Virus record (IMG/VR): IMGVR_UViG_2698536533_000004
DNA: 13,399 bases
Source of the DNA: a virus
Taxonomy: Duplodnaviria; Heunggongvirae; Uroviricota; Caudoviricetes
Direction: 5' to 3' (one strand)
In this document: positions 8,614 through 13,399 of the stretch, in pieces
Position numbering within the stretch: the first letter of the stretch is position 1
How the letters are laid out: every line of letters starts with the position of its first letter
Made by a program: the position numbers and the translations under genes
The notes under the pieces: generated by a model
What the model saw: only the letters and a program-made list of their open reading frames with translations
Database searches by the model: none
What the model was told of the DNA's origin: nothing

Positions 8614-11600
8614 ATGACGCAGGCTGGGGNNNNNNNNNNNNNNNNNNNNNNNNNNNNNNNNNNNNNNNNNNNNNNNNNNNNNNNNNNNNNNNNNNNNNNN
8701 NNNNNNNNNNNNNNNNNNNNNNNNNNNNNNNNNNNNNNNNNNNNNNNNNNNNNNNNNNNNNNNNNNNNNNNNNNNNNNNNNNNNNNNNNNNNNNNNNNNN
8801 NNNNNNNNNNNNNNNNNNNNNNNNNNNNNNNNNNNNNNNNNNNNNNNNNNNNNNNNNNNNNNNNNNNNNNNNNNNNNNNNNNAAGCCGAGAAGGCCGGAA
8901 AACTTGCTGCCGCCCAGCAGGAAGCGCAGGCTCAGGCCTTTCAAAGAATGCTGGACAAGATCGACCCTCTGNNNNNNNNNNNNNNNNNNNNNNNNNNNNN
9001 NNNNNNNNNNNNNNNNNNNNNNNNNNNNNNNNNNNNNNNNNNNNNNNNNNNNNNNNNNNNNNNNNNNNNNNNNNNNNNNNNNNNNNNNNNNNNNNNNNNN
9101 NNNNNNNNNNNNNNNNNNNNNNNNNNNNNNNNNNNNNNNNNNNNNNNNNNNNNNNNNNNNNNNNNNNNNNNNNNNNNNNNNNNNNNNNNNNNNNNNNNNN
9201 NNNNNNNNNNNNNNNNNNNNNNNNNNNNNNNNNNNNNNNNNGTAGAACAACAGAAACAGCTCAATGAAGCAAAAGCTAAGGGGATGCTTTCTCCTGAAAT
9301 GTATGAGGAGCTTTCTGGAAAACTTCGTGCTATGCGGAGTGAGCTTGAGGTTACTCAATCACAATTAAGCAAAACCGGAATGTCGGCAAAACAAACGGCT
9401 TTTGCTATGCGCATGTTGCCTGTACAAATGACGGATATTGTTGTTGGGTTGTCCACTGGTCAGTCGCCATTTATGGTGTTAATGCAGCAGGGCGGCCAGC
9501 TAAAAGATATGTTCGGTGGGATTGGCCCGGCGATCAAAGGTGTAGGTTCTTATGTGCTGGGATTAATTAATCCTTTTACCCTGGCCGCAGCAGCCGTTGG
9601 GGTCTTAGGACTGGCTTACTATAAAGGCTCTCAGGAGCAGGACGAATTTAATAAATCTCTTATTCTTACCGGAAATCAGTTGGGGACAACCAGCGGGCAA
9701 TTGGGCGATATAGCTCAACGTGCCGGGAATGCGGCTGATTCGACAACTGGTGCTGCGGCGGCAGTATTAAATCAGCTTGTGCGTTCGGGAAAGGTAGCGA
9801 GCAGTTCGCTGGAGCAAGTGACGACAGCGATAGTAAAAACGAGCGAAGTAACAGGAATATCAACCGAACAACTGGTTAATGACTTCAATGAAATTGCAAA
9901 GGATCCTGTCAGTGCCATATCAAAACTTAATGATCAGTACCATTTTCTGACACTTGCGACTTATAACCAGATTAAGGCGCTACAGGATGAAGGGAACCAG
10001 CAGGAGGCCGCCCGCATTGCGACAGAAGAATACTCATCCTCAATGATCCAGCGCACCAACCAGATTAAAGAAAATCTTGGTTATCTTGAGACTGCATGGA
10101 AAGCTGTCGCAGACTCCGCAAAATGGGCATGGGATTCCATGCTGGATATTGGCCGTGAGGCCTCCCTTGATCAAAAAATCTCAGATGTTCTCCGTCAAAT
10201 TGATGAAATAGAAAAAAATACCCGACCCGGAGTTTTCGGGTTAGGTGGCATTGGAGATGGCGGAGCTCAAAATAAAAGGCTGGCACGATTAAAGCAGCAA
10301 TTGGGCGTACTTCAAGCAGAAAAAATTGCTCAGGACGTACTAAATTCATCAATAAACGATTACAACAAGCGACAACAGGAAGGAATTGAACTCAGACAGA
10401 GAGCAGATGCCTTTTCAAAACAATATCAGACCCGGGAGCAGCAGAGAGCTAGTGAACTTGCAAAACTGGAAAAGCTAAAGAATCAGTATTCAAAGGAAGA
10501 ATATAATAATCTTATCGCTCAAATAAATGAGCGTTATAAAGATCCAAAGCAACCAAAGGCGAAAGGTTATTCTGATGATGCAGCCCAACGAATGATTGAT
10601 CATCTGAATCAACAGAATGCGTTACTAAGTTCACAAGCTGAGTTGACCGTTAAATTAAGTTCCTCTGAACAGGAACTGGTTAAGTGGCGTCAGCGGATTG
10701 CCGACCTAGAGTCACGACCATCATCGAAATTAACCCAGGATCAGAAATCGCTTCTCTTACACCGGGAAGAAATAACCACGTTGATGGAGAAAAATGTTGC
10801 GATTGAAAAAAATAACAGGCTAATCAAGGAATCCGCCGAAATAACAGCATGGCGTGATTCATTGCAGGCTTCGATTGATAATCGTCAGCAGGGGTATGAT
10901 ATTCAGATTGCTGGTTATGGGGTTGGCGATAAAAATCAGCAACGCCAGCAGGAATTACTGCGGATTGAACATGGATATAACAATCAGCGTCTGCAACTTG
11001 AACGTGACTATGCAGATAAATCCCGTGGAATGTCAGATCATGTTTTTCAAGAGAAAATGCAGGCTCTGAATGATGCTCTGGAACGGGAAAAAGAAATTGT
11101 CAGACAGAAAAACGAGCAGCTCGATATTCAGGCAGGAGACTGGGTTAGTGGTGCCTCCCAGGGATTCAATAACTGGCTGGATGACACTAAGGATATCAGT
11201 GAGCAGATAAAATCAACCACGACTCAGATGTTTGATGGGATGACCGATGCGCTGGGTGATTTTGTCACGACAGGCAAGGCAAATTTTCGTTCTTTCGCTA
11301 CTTCCGTGATTTCGGATCTTAGTCGAATAGCATTAAAGGCTTCAATTACTGGGATTTTCGACAGCATTAGTAACAGTTCTTCTGGGGGGATTTTAGGAAC
11401 TATCGGGAGTGCTATTAGTAAATTTATTCCGAATGCAAAGGGCGGTGTTTATGAGTCTCCGTCATTGAGCACGTATTCGAACGGTATTTATGATTCCCCG
11501 CAATTTTTTGCTTTTGCAAAAGGGGCTGGTGTTTTTGGTGAGGCTGGACCGGAAGCCATTATGCCATTAACACGAACTTCCGATGGTTCTCTTGGTGTCA

Positions 11601-11797
11601 GAGCTATTAATAGTAAAAGTGGTAATGGAGGCGGAGATATTACCTATGCCCCTGTATACCAAATCACTATTCAAAATGACGGCCAGAATGGAGAGATTGG
11701 CCCTCAGGCAATAAAAGCACTTATGGGGATGGTTGATCAGCGGGTGCAGGGCAATCTGTTAAATATGCGACGTGATGGGGGAATGTTAAGTGGCTAA
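8614..11797 (+). CDS. H: Tail tape measure protein, lambda gpH-like (5' region mostly N-masked; true start uncertain)
   Basis: Continuous protein-like ORF from 9242 to TAA 11795-11797. Contains [41 protein letters not shown], matching the lambda gpH segment [38 protein letters not shown] as I recall it, and a C-terminus ([16 protein letters not shown]...RRDGGMLSG) like lambda H. Coiled-coil-rich middle. The ORF track starts at ATG 8948, but the same frame is open and protein-like from the gap edge at 8883, so the start is further upstream; ATG 8614 is the first candidate after the chaperone stop. Confidence 0.85.
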
Positions 11798-12128
11798 TAC
11801 GGAAGAATTTCACTGGTTACCAGAGGATGGAATGAAAACAGAAAATAAACCATCGATAAAAACTGTAAGATTTGGTGATGGTTATGAGCAACGAAGTCCA
11901 AATGGACTTAATCATTCTCTGCGCGTTTTCACCTGTGATTTCAAAGTTGAGGCGAATGAACGTGATTCATTTGAAAAATTTTTAGCCCGGCATGAAGGCT
12001 ATAAATCTTTTTTTTGGCGCCCGCCGGGTATTAACAGAAAAATCAGAGTGGTGTGTCGAACGTGGTCAGCGACAGAACATATCACCTATACCGATTTTTC
12101 GTGTCAGTTTGACGAAGTGGTGATCTGA
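11790..12128 (+). CDS. M: Minor tail protein M (lambda gpM homologue)
   Basis: GTG start at 11790 overlapping the H stop (GTGGCTAA). N-terminus aligns with lambda M as I recall it ([11 protein letters not shown]...KTVRFGDGY against FRWKVKPGMDV...KVRFGDGY), which supports the GTG start over the internal ATG at 11832. Stop TGA 12126-12128 overlaps the L start (TGATG). Confidence 0.85.
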   Translation: MANTEEFHWLPEDGMKTENKPSIKTVRFGDGYEQRSPNGLNHSLRVFTCDFKVEANERDSFEKFLARHEGYKSFFWRPPGINRKIRVVCRTWSATEHITYTDFSCQFDEVVI

Positions 12129-12826
12129 TGCAGGACATACAACAGGAAACGCTGAATGAATGCATTCGTGCGGAGCAGTCGGCCAGCGTGGTGCTCTGGG
12201 AAATCGACCTGACCGAGGTAGGCGGGGATCGCTACTTTTTCTGCAATGAGCAGAACGAGAAAGGAGAGTCTGTCACCTGGCAGAGTCGGCAGTATCAGGC
12301 CTATCCCATTCAGGGGAGTGGATTTGAGATGAACGGCAAAGGTGCCAGTGCAAGGCCAACGCTGAAAGTCTCTAATCTGCACGGCATGGTCACCGGGATG
12401 GCGGAAGACCTGCAGAGTCTGGTCGGCGGAACGGTGGTCAGGCGTAAGGTTTACGCCCGTTTTCTGGATGCGGTGAACTTCGTCAACGGAAACAGTGACG
12501 CCGATCCGGAGCAGGAGGTGATCAGCCGCTGGCGTATTGAGCAGTGCAGCGAACTGAGCGCGGTCAGTGCCTCCTTTGTACTGTCCACGCCGACGGAAAC
12601 GGACGGCGCTGTTTTTCCGGGGCGCATCATGCTTGCTAATACCTGCACCTGGACCTATCGCGGTGATGAGTGCGGTTATCACGGTCCGGCTGTCGCGGAT
12701 GAATATGACCAGCCAACGTCCGATATCACGAAGGATAAATGCAGCAAATGCCTGAGCGGTTGTAAGTTCCGCAATAACGTCGGCAACTTTGGCGGCTTCC
12801 TTTCCATTAACAAACTTTCGCAGTAA
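12128..12826 (+). CDS. L: Minor tail protein L (lambda gpL homologue)
   Basis: 232 aa, the same length as lambda gpL. Sequence ([33 protein letters not shown]...CSKCLSGCKFRNNVGNFGGFLSINKLSQ) is nearly identical to lambda L from memory, including the C-terminal Cys cluster. Percent identity was not computed. Confidence 0.95.
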   Translation: MQDIQQETLNECIRAEQSASVVLWEIDLTEVGGDRYFFCNEQNEKGESVTWQSRQYQAYPIQGSGFEMNGKGASARPTLKVSNLHGMVTGMAEDLQSLVGGTVVRRKVYARFLDAVNFVNGNSDADPEQEVISRWRIEQCSELSAVSASFVLSTPTETDGAVFPGRIMLANTCTWTYRGDECGYHGPAVADEYDQPTSDITKDKCSKCLSGCKFRNNVGNFGGFLSINKLSQ

Positions 12827-12830
12827 TCCC

Positions 12831-13399
12831 ATGACAGAGACAGAATCAGCGATTCTGGCGCACGCCCGGCGATGTGCGCCAGCGGAGTCGTGCGGCTTCG
12901 TGGTGAGAACGCCGGAGGGGGAAAGATATTTTCCCTGCGTGAATATTTCCGGTGAGCCGGAGGAGTATTTCCGGATGGCTCCGGAGGACTGGCTGCAGGC
13001 AGAGATGCAGGGTGAGATTGTGGCGCTGGTCCACAGCCACCCCGGTGGTCTGCCCTGGCTGAGTGAGGCCGACCGGCGGCTGCAGGTGCAGAGTGATTTG
13101 CCGTGGTGGCTGGTCTGCCGGGGGGCGATTCATAAGTTCCGCTGTGTGCCGCATCTCACCGGGCGGCGCTTTGAGCACGGGGTGACGGACTGTTACACGC
13201 TGTTCCGGGACGCTTACCATCTGGCGGGAATTGAGATGCCAGATTTTCATCGTGAGGACGACTGGTGGCGTAATGGTCAGAATCTCTATCTGGATAATCT
13301 GGAGGCTACAGGGCTGTATCAGGTGCCGTTGTCAACGGCGCAGCCGGGCGATGTGCTGCTGTGCTGTTTTGGTTCATCGGTGCCGAATCATGCCGCCAT
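12831..13399 (+). CDS. K: Tail assembly protein K (lambda gpK homologue), 3' end beyond the window
   Basis: ATG 12831, 4 nt after the L stop, open to the window end (189 codons). Hand translation MTETESAILAHARRCAPAESCGFVV...VALVHSHPGGLPWLSEADRR... closely matches lambda gpK and retains a JAMM/MPN-type H-S-H-x7-S-x2-D motif. Missing from the ORF track only because no stop falls within the window. Confidence 0.95.
   Translation, partial: MTETESAILAHARRCAPAESCGFVVRTPEGERYFPCVNISGEPEEYFRMAPEDWLQAEMQGEIVALVHSHPGGLPWLSEADRRLQVQSDLPWWLVCRGAIHKFRCVPHLTGRRFEHGVTDCYTLFRDAYHLAGIEMPDFHREDDWWRNGQNLYLDNLEATGLYQVPLSTAQPGDVLLCCFGSSVPNHAA

Noticed and set aside
10065-10352. 95-aa minus-strand ORF inside the tape measure gene (also 9666-9863)
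   Set aside because: Embedded antisense in a strongly supported coding region, with no RBS or conservation rationale.
12104-12832. 242-aa ORF on the minus strand spanning the whole of gene L
   Set aside because: It lies fully antisense to a protein that is near-identical to lambda gpL. Long antisense ORFs are expected by chance in roughly 60% GC coding sequence, and its translation is low-complexity and Arg-rich, not protein-like.
12846-13250. 134-aa minus-strand ORF inside gene K
   Set aside because: Antisense to the well-supported lambda gpK homologue; same GC-driven artefact.
1-13399. Search for CRISPR repeats, tRNA/rRNA, IS elements, integrase or att sites, and defence or toxin cargo
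   Set aside because: No direct-repeat arrays, no tRNA-like structures and no transposase or integrase-like ORFs were seen. The window is filled by contiguous same-strand structural genes with short or overlapping junctions, leaving no room for a cargo island outside the masked segments.

Overview
This window reads as the late (virion structural) region of a lambdoid siphovirus-type prophage from an enterobacterial host, all genes on the + strand in canonical order: terminase large subunit 3' end, portal, MuF/SPP1-gp7-like head morphogenesis protein, scaffold, major capsid, four small head-tail joining genes, major tail protein, a G/GT-type tail assembly chaperone pair with a programmed -1 frameshift site, a lambda gpH-like tape measure protein, then lambda-like M, L and the 5' part of K. 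The head module is not lambda-like (SPP1-style portal-MuF-scaffold-capsid order), whereas L and K match lambda proteins closely as I recall them, so the region is a head/tail mosaic. Ten N-runs (154-271 nt) interrupt the window; reading frames of genes that must be continuous change across several of them, so the N-run lengths are not exact and gene boundaries inside them are approximate. I see no rRNA, tRNA, CRISPR array, IS element or integrase. I also see no convincing evidence of a novel non-structural system: every sizeable + strand ORF fits a virion-assembly role, and the observations worth a second look are listed under findings. Functional calls for the small head-tail genes and the major tail protein rest on gene order, not recognised homology.
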